64,000 nt of DNA, taken from NCBI GenBank assembly GCA_014860395.1, contig JACZJU010000119.1, positions 5,851-69,850 on the forward strand, given 5' to 3'. Positions 42,157 through 51,483 of the stretch are shown here, in pieces. The notes under the pieces are model-generated. The model was not told where the DNA came from. It did not search any database and saw only the letters and a program-made list of their open reading frames with translations. This stretch comes from Burkholderiales bacterium (lineage in GTDB: Bacteria; Pseudomonadota; Gammaproteobacteria; Burkholderiales; SG8-39). Both the position numbers and the translations under genes were made by a program. Each line of letters starts with the position of its first letter. Within the stretch, counting starts at the first letter, position 1.

Positions 42157-43595
42157 CAGGTCTTGGCTTCCGGCTTGAGTTGCAGCGATTTGTATTCCAG
42201 GAATTCTTCCAGCCCGAAACGGCCGAGTTCGCGGCCGTTGCCCGATTGCTTGTAGCCGCCGAAAGGCGCGCGCAGATTGAATGGGCCGCCGTTGATGTCG
42301 ACCTGGCCGGTGCGCATGCGCCGCGCCACCTTCTGCGCGTGTTTCTCGTCTTTCGACCAGACGCCGCCGCCCAGGCCGTAGGGCGTGTCGTTGGCTATTT
42401 TCACCGCCTCGTTCTCGTCTTTGTAGGTGATGATGGACAGCACCGGCCCGAAGATTTCTTCCTGCGCGATTACGGCGTCGGGCTTCACCCGGCCGAATAT
42501 CGTGGGTTTGACGTAGTAGCCTTTGGGCAGACCCTCGGGCGCCTCGGGCCCGCCGGCGAGCAGCTCCGCGCCGCCGGCTATGCCCTTCTTGATATAGCCG
42601 CGCACGCGCTCACGCTGCGTTTCGGACACCAGCGGCCCGAGCTTGGCCGTGCCGCCGAAGGGATCGCCGACGGTGAAGCCCTTGGCCACTTCGACCGCGA
42701 CTTTCGCCGCCTCGGCGTATTTGCTCTCGGGCACCAGCAGGCGCGTGTGCGCGGAGCAGGTCTGGCCGGAATTGAGGAAGCACGCATTGATCGTGCCCTT
42801 GACTGCGGCGGCGAGGTCGGCGTCCTCGAGCACGATCGCGGCGGATTTTCCGCCAAGCTCGAGGGCCACGCGTTTCACCGTGGCCGAAGCGAGTTCCGAC
42901 ACGCGCTTGCCGGCACGGGTGGAGCCGGTGAAGGACACCATGTCCACCTCCGGGTGCGCGGCCATGGCCTCGCCCACCACCGGGCCGTAGCCGGTGACCA
43001 GGTTGAATACGCCCGCGGGCAGGCCGGCGGCGTGGATGATCTCGGCCAGCACGAAGGCGTTGAGCGGCGCGACTTCGGAAGGCTTCAGCACCACGGTGCA
43101 GCCGGCGGCAAGCGCCGGCGCGACCTTGGCGGCGATCTGGTGCAGGGGATAGTTCCAGGGCGTGATCGCCGCGACCACGCCGACCGGCTCGCGCAGCACC
43201 AGCGAATTGCCGATCTGCTCTTCGAAGGCGTAGCCGCCGAGCATCTTCGCGTACATGCCGAAGGTGGCCGTGGGCGAACCCGCCTGGATCATGGTGGCGA
43301 GTTTCACCGGCATGCCCACTTCGCCGGCGATCAGCTTGCCGATCTCCTCGGTGCGCGCTTTCAGACCTTCGTGGATTTTTTGCAGGAACGTGGCGCGTTC
43401 AGCCGCAGGCGTCGCAGCCCAGCCGTCGAAAGCGGCGCGCGCCGCTGCCACCGCGGCGGCTACGTCTTCCGGCGTGCCTTCGGGAACGCGCCCCATCACT
43501 TCCTCGGTCGAGGCGTTGATCACGTCGATGGACTTGGTGCTCTTGGGCGCGGTCCATAGCCCGTTGATATAAAGCTGGTCGCGAACTTGCATCAT
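42156..43595 (-). CDS. NAD(P)-dependent aldehyde dehydrogenase
   Basis: 479 aa, with a catalytic Cys context ([10 protein letters not shown]) and the Glu motif (ELGGKSA). Confidence 0.9.
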   Translation of the reverse strand: MMQVRDQLYINGLWTAPKSTKSIDVINASTEEVMGRVPEGTPEDVAAAVAAARAAFDGWAATPAAERATFLQKIHEGLKARTEEIGKLIAGEVGMPVKLATMIQAGSPTATFGMYAKMLGGYAFEEQIGNSLVLREPVGVVAAITPWNYPLHQIAAKVAPALAAGCTVVLKPSEVAPLNAFVLAEIIHAAGLPAGVFNLVTGYGPVVGEAMAAHPEVDMVSFTGSTRAGKRVSELASATVKRVALELGGKSAAIVLEDADLAAAVKGTINACFLNSGQTCSAHTRLLVPESKYAEAAKVAVEVAKGFTVGDPFGGTAKLGPLVSETQRERVRGYIKKGIAGGAELLAGGPEAPEGLPKGYYVKPTIFGRVKPDAVIAQEEIFGPVLSIITYKDENEAVKIANDTPYGLGGGVWSKDEKHAQKVARRMRTGQVDINGGPFNLRAPFGGYKQSGNGRELGRFGLEEFLEYKSLQLKPEAKT

Positions 43596-43738
43596 GTATT
43601 CCGTTGGAAGAAAGAAAGGGGGGGGGTCTATTTTAGCCGATAGCCGCTACGAGTTAAAAACTCGCTGCAGAATGGATTTTGCGGCGATCCAATTTAGGGG
43701 GGTATGAGGGGAGGCATCCCCTCATTTTGAAACAGACT

Positions 43739-44185
43739 CTAAGCCGCGCCCGTATCGGGCTGGACACGCTCGTAAGCGATGATCTTCTGCCGCAGCGGCT
43801 CGGGCAGGGGCGCGGACTTCTTCGTCGCCGGATCGGCGTTGACGTAAATCAGCTCGCCGCTGACCAAGTGCTCGTCGCCGCGCCAGATCTCGAGCAGGAA
43901 CTGCATGCTCGAGCGCCCCAGGCGCGCGGTGCGCCCGTGTATGTCGAGAATGTCGTCGAACTCGGCCGAGCCGTGGTACTCCGCCGTGGCCTTGACCGCA
44001 AACATGTCGGTGCCGAAGTCCTTGACGAAGCCGTCGGGGTAGTCGATGCCGATCGTGCGCCAGTACTCGGTGATGGCGACGTCGAAATAGAGGAAATAGT
44101 TGCCGTTGAAGACGATGCCCTGCCGGTCCACTTCCGCCCAGCGCACCCGCAGTGTGTGGCAGAAGACAAATTGTTCGCGCGCCAT
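43739..44185 (-). CDS. acyl-CoA thioesterase (4HBT/YbgC-FadM-like)
   Basis: 148 aa hot-dog fold, with the N-terminal VRWAEVDRQGIVFNGNY motif. Confidence 0.8.
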   Translation of the reverse strand: MAREQFVFCHTLRVRWAEVDRQGIVFNGNYFLYFDVAITEYWRTIGIDYPDGFVKDFGTDMFAVKATAEYHGSAEFDDILDIHGRTARLGRSSMQFLLEIWRGDEHLVSGELIYVNADPATKKSAPLPEPLRQKIIAYERVQPDTGAA

Positions 44186-44394
44186 GGCTGTCGTCCTGTG
44201 GCAGGTTTCCGGAGCGCCGTACTATAGGCGCAACGGCGCGCAGCGGCAAGCTGGCGGGCCGCGCAGTTCAAGCGGACGTGGACAGCCGGCGGCAAAACTG
44301 GCAGCATACAAACACAAGCAATAAATAGAATACTGCCCAGGCCGTGCGCCCGGAGGTGGCGTCGGCTCTTGTCGTTACTTTTGAGGAGGTCACC

Positions 44395-45621
44395 ATGTGT
44401 CGCAAGCTGCTGCTTCCCGTTGTAGCCGCGCTAGGACTCGCCTTTAGCCAGGGCGTCTGGTCGCAGGACATCAAGTTCGCCATTCTCGGCCCCATGGCAT
44501 TCGTGCAGGGCGAGAACCACTGGGCCGGCGCCGAAATGGCGCGCGACGAAATCAACAAGGCCGGCGGCATCTCGGTCGGCGGCAAAAAGCACATGGTCGA
44601 GATCATCAAGATCGACACCAATGAAATACAGAGCGTGCCCGATGCCACCAACGCCATGGAGCGCGCCATCACCCGCGACAAGGCCGATTTCCTCATTGGC
44701 GGTTTCCGCTCAGAAGCGGTGCTGGCGATGCAGGAAGTGGCCATGGACTACAAGAAGCTGTTCCTGGGCGTGGGCGCGGCGGCCTCCAAGCTCGGCCTCA
44801 ATGTGGAACAGAACTACGACCGTTACAAGTACTGGTTCCGCGCCGCACCGACCAAGGACGTCGATCTGGCGAGGACTCTGTTCGCCGTGATGGGGTCGGT
44901 GGCGGCGCAGATACGCACGGACCTGGGCAAGCAGGTGCCGAAGGTCGCGATCGTCGCCGAGAAGACGGCTTGGACCGAAGGGCTGATCAAGGCGGCGCAG
45001 GCGAATCTGCCGAAAATGAATATGGAAGTGGTCGGGCTGTGGCAGCCCTCGGCCGTCGCGACCGACGTGACCGCCGAGCTTTCGGCGATCAAGCGCGCGA
45101 ACGCGGATATCGTGTTCACCATCATCTCGGGCCCGCTGGGCATCGTGCTTGGGCGGCAGATGGGCGAACTGGAATTGCCGGCGGTCGCCTGGGGCATCAA
45201 CGTCGAGGCGCAGAAGGACGGTTTCTGGCAGGCGACGGCAGGCAAGGGCAATTACGTGTCCACCCTGGATACCTACGCCGAAGTCGAAGTGACGCCGAAG
45301 ACGATACCCTTCGTCAGGGCGTTCAAGGCGCGTTTCCACAAGTCGCCCATTTACACCGCGGCGACCTACGATGCGATCAATCAACTCAAGGTTGCGATCG
45401 AGGCTGTCGACAGTCTGGATCCGGAAAAGCTGATTCCGTACATCGAGAAGAACGAATACGTAGGCACCGGCGCGATCGCGACCTACGACAAGCGCCATGA
45501 CCTGGTATGGGCGGTCGGCAAGACCTCCGGCATCGCGGTCGAATGGCAGGATGGCGAAAAAGTGCCGTTCTGGCCGCCGCAGACCAAGGGCATGAGGCCG
45601 TTCAAGTTGCCGAAGCATTAA
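44395..45621 (+). CDS. ABC transporter substrate-binding protein (LivK/HAAT family)
   Basis: ATG 44395 lies behind GAGGAGG. It has a signal peptide (AALGLAFSQGVWSQ) and a type I periplasmic binding fold. Confidence 0.85.
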   Translation: MCRKLLLPVVAALGLAFSQGVWSQDIKFAILGPMAFVQGENHWAGAEMARDEINKAGGISVGGKKHMVEIIKIDTNEIQSVPDATNAMERAITRDKADFLIGGFRSEAVLAMQEVAMDYKKLFLGVGAAASKLGLNVEQNYDRYKYWFRAAPTKDVDLARTLFAVMGSVAAQIRTDLGKQVPKVAIVAEKTAWTEGLIKAAQANLPKMNMEVVGLWQPSAVATDVTAELSAIKRANADIVFTIISGPLGIVLGRQMGELELPAVAWGINVEAQKDGFWQATAGKGNYVSTLDTYAEVEVTPKTIPFVRAFKARFHKSPIYTAATYDAINQLKVAIEAVDSLDPEKLIPYIEKNEYVGTGAIATYDKRHDLVWAVGKTSGIAVEWQDGEKVPFWPPQTKGMRPFKLPKH

Positions 45622-45682
45622 ATCTCAAGAAAAATAACCGTGCGCTCGCCCCCTCTTCCCGGAGGCGGGGGCGCACGCAAAC

Positions 45683-46552
45683 ATGTTTTCTGACATCCTA
45701 ATCAGCGGGCTGGTCAATAGCGGCGTGTACGCGCTGCTGGCTTTGGGTTTTTCGCTGATTTTCGGCGTGGCGCGCATCGTCAACATCGCGCACACCGCTT
45801 TCTACATGCTCGCCGCCTACGCGCTCTACGGCCTGATGGTCATAGGCGGGATGCCGCTGCTGCTCGCGATTCCGCTGGCCGTGGTTGCGGTGGTCGCCTT
45901 GTCGCTGGTCTGCTACAAGCTGGTGATCGAGCCGGTGCGCCAGCACGAGTCGGCGGTGCTGATCGCGACCATCGCGCTGGCGCTGATTTTCCAGGAAAGC
46001 CTGCTGGTCGCCTTCGGCGGCAGCTTTCGCGGAATCCCGAACGCGGTCGAAGGCGTCACTTCGATCATTGGCGTGCGCGTGTCCTATCAGCGCCTGATCG
46101 TGCTTGCGGTGGTGGCGGTTACGCTGGTGGCGACCTGGTACCTGCTCAATCGCACGCGTTTGGGCCTGGCGATACGCACCGCCGCCAACGATCAGGAAAT
46201 CGCCAATCTCATGGGCATCAACGTCAGCCGCGTGGCCATGTACACCATCGGCATTTCCGTCGCGCTGGCGGCCATCGCCGGAGTCGTGGTGGCGCCGGTG
46301 TTCGTGGTCGATCCGCTGATGTGGCTCTCGCCGCTGGTAACCATGCTCGCCATCGTCGTGCTGGGCGGGCTGGGCAGCCTGAAGGGCAGCGTGATCGGCG
46401 CATTCATCATCGGCTATGTCGAGGCGATCACGGTGTTCGTCGTGCCTTCGGGTTCCTACCTCAAGGGCGCGGTGGCGCTATCCATCATGATCGTGGTCCT
46501 GCTATTCCGGCCGGAAGGCCTGTTCGGCGTAGTGTTCGAGGAGGAACGGTGA
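45683..46552 (+). CDS. HAAT-family ABC transporter permease (LivH-like)
   Basis: 289 aa polytopic protein with a typical LivH N-terminus (LVNSGVYALLALGFSLIFG). Confidence 0.85.
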   Translation: MFSDILISGLVNSGVYALLALGFSLIFGVARIVNIAHTAFYMLAAYALYGLMVIGGMPLLLAIPLAVVAVVALSLVCYKLVIEPVRQHESAVLIATIALALIFQESLLVAFGGSFRGIPNAVEGVTSIIGVRVSYQRLIVLAVVAVTLVATWYLLNRTRLGLAIRTAANDQEIANLMGINVSRVAMYTIGISVALAAIAGVVVAPVFVVDPLMWLSPLVTMLAIVVLGGLGSLKGSVIGAFIIGYVEAITVFVVPSGSYLKGAVALSIMIVVLLFRPEGLFGVVFEEER

Positions 46553-47598
46553 AAGGGCTGCTGGCATTGCCGCAATGGCTATGGGCGCAGCTGCGCCACG
46601 AGGTGCTGGTGCTGCCCAGCCGCAGTTTTGTGTTTTTCGCCGCGCTGCTGCTGCTGCTGCTGCCACTGGCGTACGACGATCCCTACGTGCTGCGCATCAT
46701 CACCATGACGGCGATCTTTGCGATATTCGCGGCGAGCTGGGATTTGCTCGCGGGCTTCACCGGTCAGGTGAATTTCGGCCACGCACTGTTCTTCGGCATC
46801 GGCGCCTATACCTCGGCGCTGCTGTCGCACCACCTGGGCTGGGTGCCCTGGTTCACCGTGCCGGTGGGCGCCGTCATGGCCATGGCGGCGGGTTTCCTCG
46901 TGGGCATTCCCTGTTTGCGCCTGCGCGGCTCCTACCTGTCGCTGGCGACCCTCGCGTTTCCGCTGATCCTCACCGGGCTGCTATTCGCGTTTCCGAACTT
47001 CTCCGGCGGCGAACTGGGCATCTCCGGGTTGAGGCGGATCGTGAACGGGACCGTCGGCAATTACTACGTCGCGGTGGTGCTGATGCTGGCGCTGTGCTTC
47101 GGCATGTGGAAAATCGGCGATTCGAACACCGGCCTGATCTTCCATGCCATACGCGAGGACGAGGTCGCCTGCCGCGCCTCGGGCATCAATACCACGCGCT
47201 ACAAGCTGCTGGCGTTCGCGCTGTCCGGATTGTTCGCCGGCGTTTCCGGGGCGCTGTACGCGCACTTCCTGCGCGTCGCCGGGCCTTCATCGCTGGAGGT
47301 GGCGTTGTCGTTCCAGGTCGTGATCTGGGGCATTTTCGGCGGCATCGCCACCATCTACGGCTCCGTGCTCGCAGTGTTCCTCCTGTATCCGCTCACCGAA
47401 ATTTTGGCCAGCTTCGACATATTCAAGGAAATCCGCCTGCTGATATTCGCGGTGATCGTGCTGCTCGTTCTGTTGTTCATGCCGCAGGGGCTCACGCCGT
47501 GGATACGCGACAAGATCGAGGTGGTGTGCCCGCGCTGCAAGAACCGGAATGTGTTCCACCGGCATCAGTGCAGGTTGTGCGGGGCGGAGTTGCGGTAG
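46549..47598 (+). CDS. HAAT-family ABC transporter permease (LivM-like) with C-terminal zinc-ribbon extension
   Basis: GTG 46549 overlaps the livH-like stop (GTGA). The LivM core is present (GQVNFGHALFFGIGAY). The last 25 aa are VVCPRCKNRNVFHRHQCRLCGAELR. Confidence 0.8.
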   Translation: MKGLLALPQWLWAQLRHEVLVLPSRSFVFFAALLLLLLPLAYDDPYVLRIITMTAIFAIFAASWDLLAGFTGQVNFGHALFFGIGAYTSALLSHHLGWVPWFTVPVGAVMAMAAGFLVGIPCLRLRGSYLSLATLAFPLILTGLLFAFPNFSGGELGISGLRRIVNGTVGNYYVAVVLMLALCFGMWKIGDSNTGLIFHAIREDEVACRASGINTTRYKLLAFALSGLFAGVSGALYAHFLRVAGPSSLEVALSFQVVIWGIFGGIATIYGSVLAVFLLYPLTEILASFDIFKEIRLLIFAVIVLLVLLFMPQGLTPWIRDKIEVVCPRCKNRNVFHRHQCRLCGAELR

Positions 47599-47700
47599 GA
47601 CTTCAGACTCTTTGGACTGCTTCTTCTTGGAAAGTGATTGAGAGTCAGGACGTTAGCCCATTTCTTGCCATATATCACGGAGACGAACGCGACGGTGAGT

Positions 47701-47793
47701 TCCTAACACCTTGATTCCTTGGGCGGTTGACGACGGCGCGGCGCGTAAGGTCATGTGATAGATTGCAGTTTTGCAATCCATTAAACGTTAGGC
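47701..47793 (+). other. possible degenerate attC site ending in core GTTAGGC
   Basis: TCCTAAC (47701-47707) pairs with GTTAGGC (47787-47793) across 93 bp, with only partial inner complementarity. It lies directly upstream of the first cassette-like ORF. Confidence 0.3.
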
Positions 47794-47798
47794 ATCGG

Positions 47799-48209
47799 AT
47801 GTCGCGGCTACTGATTCTCGCGCTATGCTTGTTCCCCCAGATCGCCGTTGCAGGTGGGGCGGGCACTTATCACGGCTATGCTGCCCCTTACGAATGGTCG
47901 ATCGAACCATTACCTTGGTACAGCCAAACATGGGGAAAGCTTTGGGTCTTCACGAAAACTAAAACGCATGAGTACGACATTACAAGCGAATGCACTTTTC
48001 CAGACACGGACCAACGTGAACCGTTGAACGCCATGCGCTTCGCCATATCGTGCAAGGGTAACGGCAAATCTCCGTTGGCTGGCACTACCTATAAGGTCAA
48101 GAAGGTTCCAAAGAACTTGAATTGCGACAAATTGATTTTTGTCTGTACATCGGGTTGCAGAAGTGAGGTCCCAAAGAAGTTCGTATTTGATCCAGAGTGT
48201 GAAGGGTAG
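47799..48209 (+). CDS. hypothetical secreted Cys-rich protein (cassette-like ORF)
   Basis: ATG 47799 (MSRLLILALCLFPQIAVAGG..) lies inside the 47727 ORF. It has a signal peptide and several Cys residues. It is visibly more AT-rich than its flanks. No family was recognised. Confidence 0.5.
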   Translation: MSRLLILALCLFPQIAVAGGAGTYHGYAAPYEWSIEPLPWYSQTWGKLWVFTKTKTHEYDITSECTFPDTDQREPLNAMRFAISCKGNGKSPLAGTTYKVKKVPKNLNCDKLIFVCTSGCRSEVPKKFVFDPECEG

Positions 48210-48283
48210 TCATGCCAAGCCGATGCCTAACTGCCGGTTGCAGGCGACGCGCATGAAGCCGCGCGCGCCTGAACCGGAACGTT

Positions 48284-50049
48284 GAGGCTGTGCAAAAAGT
48301 CCTCCTAGGCGTAAGCGAGTCGCGTAGCTGAATCGTTAATCCATCAGTTCCCGATGGAGTCAAACGATGGCCCGATTCAAGGTAGTGAACATGAGCCCAC
48401 GGTTCTTGCCGGTAGTTCTGGAGCAGCAACTGGTGCCCGGCACATTCGAGCACGCACTGCATACGCTGATTGATTCCGAGTTTAATCTGTCCGCACTGGA
48501 AGCGAAGTTCAACAACGATGAGACCGGTGCCCCGGCCTACGATCCGGCGGTGATGCTCAAGATTGTGCTGCTCGCGTATTCGCGCGGCATGGTGAGCAGC
48601 CGGGCTATTGAGCGCGCCTGCAGCGAGAACGTGCTGTTCATGGCGATCTCAGGGGACACCCAGCCGGCTTACACCACGATTGCCGCGTTCGTACGCGGTT
48701 TGAGCGATGAGATTACGGCGATCTTTACCGAGGTGATACTGATCTGTGATCGCCAGGGGCTGATCGGGCGGCAGATGTTTGCGATCGACGGAGTGAAGCT
48801 GCCCAGCAATGCGAGCAAAGCCAAGAGCGGCACGCACGCAGAGCTTGCACATCAGGCGCAGGCGATCGAGCGCAGGGTGAGATCGATGCTCAAAGAGCAC
48901 CGCAAGCAAGACACCCGGGGTGAACAGGGTGCCGAGGCACGCTCCTCACACCTTGCGCGGGCCAAGGCGCTCAAGGCCGAAGCGAAGTCGATCCGGGCGT
49001 TTTTGCAGTCGAATGCGAGGAGGCAGTCAGGCAAAGGGCCTGAACGCAAGAGCAACCTGACCGACAACCAGAGCGCCAAAATGGCCACCAGCAAAGGCGT
49101 GATCCAGGGTTACACGGGTGCGGCGACGGTCGATGGCGCCCACCAGATCATTGTCGCGGCCCAAGCGCACGGCTCCGGCTCGGAGCAGGCCTTGCTCGTG
49201 CCGATGATCGAGCAAGCCCGGCCCTTTGGCACCGGCGAGACGCTGATCACAGCCGATGCGGGCTATCACAGCGAGGCCAATCTGAAAGCGCTCAGCGAGC
49301 AAGGGATTCGAGCGCTGATCGCAGACGGGTTGATGAGAAGGCGCGATGAGCGCTTCAAGGGCCAGGGAAGATACAAGGCGGGGCCTGATCCGCTATACAA
49401 CAAAGCGCCCGTTCCCAAGCCGGCAAGCAGCGGCAAGTTCAGGCCCCAGGACTTTACCCATGACCCGGCACGCAACAGCTGCATCTGTCCGGCGGGCAAA
49501 TCGCTCTACAGCAACGGCAGTCACTGCACGATCAAGGGCAGAACGCACCACAAGTTCACCGGGGCCAAGCGCGACTGCGTGCCCTGCGGGCTCAGAGACC
49601 AGTGCCTACGCACGCCAGAGAAGACGCTCGTTCGCCAAGTCGCCATTTTCCACCAAAGCCAGGGCTCGGCGCACAAGCACACCGATGCGATGCGACAACG
49701 CATCGACTCGACAGAGGGCCGCGCGCTGTACGGCAGGCGCATTGCCACCGTGGAGCCGGTGTTTGGCAACCTGCGCCACAACAAGCGCCTTGATCGCTTT
49801 ACGCTCAGAGGCCAGCGCAAAGTGGACATCCAATGGAAACTCTACTGCATGGTGCACAACATCGAGAAGCTCTCGCATCATGGATATGCGCAGTAGATTG
49901 CGATACAGCGGCCTCGGACGTCCTGCCGCTTGCCAATTTCGGGAAGATCGCTGAAACTGAACCTATGAAGACCATCGCAATCATTCCGACCGCGCTCATC
50001 ACAAGCCAACGCCGGCCGCTGATCGTAAATCGGGTTTTTGCACAGCCTC
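48284..50049 (+). mobile_element. insertion sequence (IS5/IS1182-type DDE transposase), 1766 bp
   Basis: It has perfect 15-bp terminal inverted repeats, GAGGCTGTGCAAAAA (48284-48298) and TTTTTGCACAGCCTC (50035-50049). GTT flanks it on both sides as a putative 3-bp target duplication. It holds a single transposase ORF. Confidence 0.85.
48367..49896 (+). CDS. IS transposase (DUF772 N-terminal plus DDE domain, IS1182/IS5-like)
   Basis: 509 aa. It has PAYDPAVMLKIVLLAYSRGMVSSRAIE (DUF772-type), DGVKLPSNAS, TADAGYHSE, a Cys cluster CPAGK..C..C, and a C-terminal VEPVFGNLRHNKRLDRFTLRG. Confidence 0.9.
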   Translation: MARFKVVNMSPRFLPVVLEQQLVPGTFEHALHTLIDSEFNLSALEAKFNNDETGAPAYDPAVMLKIVLLAYSRGMVSSRAIERACSENVLFMAISGDTQPAYTTIAAFVRGLSDEITAIFTEVILICDRQGLIGRQMFAIDGVKLPSNASKAKSGTHAELAHQAQAIERRVRSMLKEHRKQDTRGEQGAEARSSHLARAKALKAEAKSIRAFLQSNARRQSGKGPERKSNLTDNQSAKMATSKGVIQGYTGAATVDGAHQIIVAAQAHGSGSEQALLVPMIEQARPFGTGETLITADAGYHSEANLKALSEQGIRALIADGLMRRRDERFKGQGRYKAGPDPLYNKAPVPKPASSGKFRPQDFTHDPARNSCICPAGKSLYSNGSHCTIKGRTHHKFTGAKRDCVPCGLRDQCLRTPEKTLVRQVAIFHQSQGSAHKHTDAMRQRIDSTEGRALYGRRIATVEPVFGNLRHNKRLDRFTLRGQRKVDIQWKLYCMVHNIEKLSHHGYAQ

Positions 50050-50067
50050 GTTAGGCACTCCCAACCA

Positions 50068-50901
50068 ATGCATACGTTTCGGTTCACACAGGTCAATGTC
50101 TTCTCGGCGGATCCATTGGGCGGGAACCCGCTCGCCGTGGTGCATGCCGCCGAGGGATTGACCGAAGCACAGATGGCCGCGCTCGCGCGTTGGACGAACC
50201 TCTCGGAAACGACGTTTCTTCTTCCGCCAACGGATCCCGACGCGGATTACCGCGTGCGCATTTTCACGGGCAGCGGCGAGTTGCCCTTTGCCGGGCATCC
50301 GACGCTCGGCTCATGCCACGCCTGGCTTGGCGCGGGTGGAAGGCCACGCAAGCCCGGCATCGTCGTGCAGCAATGCGGCGCGGGTCTCGTCCGCGTGCTC
50401 TGCAACGGTCCGCGCTTGGAGTTTGCCGCGCCTCCCTTGATCCGTACTGGTGCGCTAGAGCCGGAAGTGCTCGCAAAAATCGCCAAGGCGCTCGCCCTGC
50501 AGCCGTCGGACATTGTTCGCCACCAATGGGTCGACAACGGCCCGGGTTGGTGTGCAGTGATGCTCCGCACAGCGCGCCAGGTGCTTTCACTCAAGCCCCA
50601 TTGGGAATCGCTCGATCCCCTCAAGCTGGGCGTGGTCGGGCCGCATGACGCCGACCAGGACGCTGCCTTCGAGGTGCGAGCGTTCATCGGCGGCGGTGGA
50701 TTCGAAGATCCGGTCACCGGCAGCCTAAATGCCAGCCTCGCCCAGTGGCTCATCGGCGCGGAGCTCGCCAAGTCTGCCTATGTCGCGGCCCAGGGGACCG
50801 CGCTCCAGCGCGCCGGCCGCGTGCACCTGCGCAGGGACGCCGAGGGAGTGTGGGTCGGGGGCGACGTCGTGGACGTCATTCGCGGCGAAGTCACTCTTTA
50901 G
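50068..50901 (+). CDS. PhzF-family isomerase
   Basis: ATG 50068 (MHTFRFTQVNVFSADPLGGNPLAVV) lies inside the 50038 ORF. It is ~277 aa with a typical PhzF N-terminus and ETTFL motif. It starts 19 nt after the IS end. Confidence 0.85.
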   Translation: MHTFRFTQVNVFSADPLGGNPLAVVHAAEGLTEAQMAALARWTNLSETTFLLPPTDPDADYRVRIFTGSGELPFAGHPTLGSCHAWLGAGGRPRKPGIVVQQCGAGLVRVLCNGPRLEFAAPPLIRTGALEPEVLAKIAKALALQPSDIVRHQWVDNGPGWCAVMLRTARQVLSLKPHWESLDPLKLGVVGPHDADQDAAFEVRAFIGGGGFEDPVTGSLNASLAQWLIGAELAKSAYVAAQGTALQRAGRVHLRRDAEGVWVGGDVVDVIRGEVTL

Positions 50902-50908
50902 ATGAAAC

Positions 50909-50993
50909 GACCAACCCAATACAACCGCGGAGCGCCCGACTCCAGGTCGAACGGACGCGCCAATTCGGCCCGCGGTTCACCACTGCGTTGGGC
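50909..50993 (+). other. attC-like recombination site
   Basis: GACCAAC (50909-50915) pairs with GTTGGGC (50987-50993) at 6 of 7 positions. The inner 8-bp stem AACCGCGG / CCGCGGTT (50923-50930 / 50870-50877) is separated from the R box by unpaired spacers. The site begins 8 nt after the phzF stop. Confidence 0.55.
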
Positions 50994-51029
50994 GTCAGGA
51001 AGATTGGCGTGTCGCTGAGCGCAAGAGCG

Positions 51030-51482
51030 ATGACCGAAGCGGAAGTAGGGGATGCGTTTGGTCTCCTTAGAACATTTCTTTCAACGGACGGCCATTACCT
51101 GGATAGCAGTCTTGCATACGGCGATGGCGGCGAGCATGCGCTACGCAGCGCACTCGCGCTTTTTTTGTCTCGTCCTGAGCTTGGATTCGTCTGGCTGGTA
51201 TACGAATCGGAGGTCGCCGTCGCATGTTGCGTGGTCTGCTATGCAATCTCAACCTCCGCAGGTGCGATCGTCGTCAAACTTGACGATGTATCGGTTACAC
51301 CAGGGCGCGAGGGTCAAGGCATCGGGACTGTGCTAATCAACAGTCTCAAAGCCGAACTTCGTAGTCGTGGAGTAAAGCGGATTGACACCTCCTGTCATCT
51401 TGACAATTCGCGGGCGCAGGCCTTCTACTTGCGGCATGGCTTTCGCCAGCTTAAAGAAGAGCGTCTCGCTCATGTGCTTTGA
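51030..51482 (+). CDS. GNAT-family N-acetyltransferase
   Basis: ATG 51030 (or GTG 51009) lies inside the 50745 ORF. It has the acetyl-CoA motif (V.PGREGQGIGTVLI) and a C-terminal AFYLRHGF. Confidence 0.8.
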   Translation: MTEAEVGDAFGLLRTFLSTDGHYLDSSLAYGDGGEHALRSALALFLSRPELGFVWLVYESEVAVACCVVCYAISTSAGAIVVKLDDVSVTPGREGQGIGTVLINSLKAELRSRGVKRIDTSCHLDNSRAQAFYLRHGFRQLKEERLAHVL

Positions 51483-51483
51483 C

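Larger units (their letters stand above)
48225..50056 (+). other. attC-like recombination site interrupted by the IS (left part 48225-48283, right part 50050-50056)
   Basis: With the IS and one GTT copy removed, the site reads GCCTAAC-tg-CCGGTT-g-CAGGCG..CGCCTG-AACCGG-aac-GTTAGGC (63 bp). This gives a perfect R box, a short unpaired spacer, an L-box stem and one bulged G. It starts 16 nt after the ORF stop. Confidence 0.6.

Noticed and set aside
43704-43725. Hairpin atgagggg-aggcat-cccctcat followed by ttt, as a terminator
   Set aside because: The T-tract is on the plus strand, where no gene ends. On the minus strand, after the thioesterase gene, no U-tract follows. The function is unclear and it is not called.
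47785-47795. The 11-nt match aacgttaggca, shared between the first cassette start and the restored IS target site, as evidence for IS target specificity
   Set aside because: It is explained more simply by both being attC R' cores with similar flanks. One IS copy cannot establish target preference.
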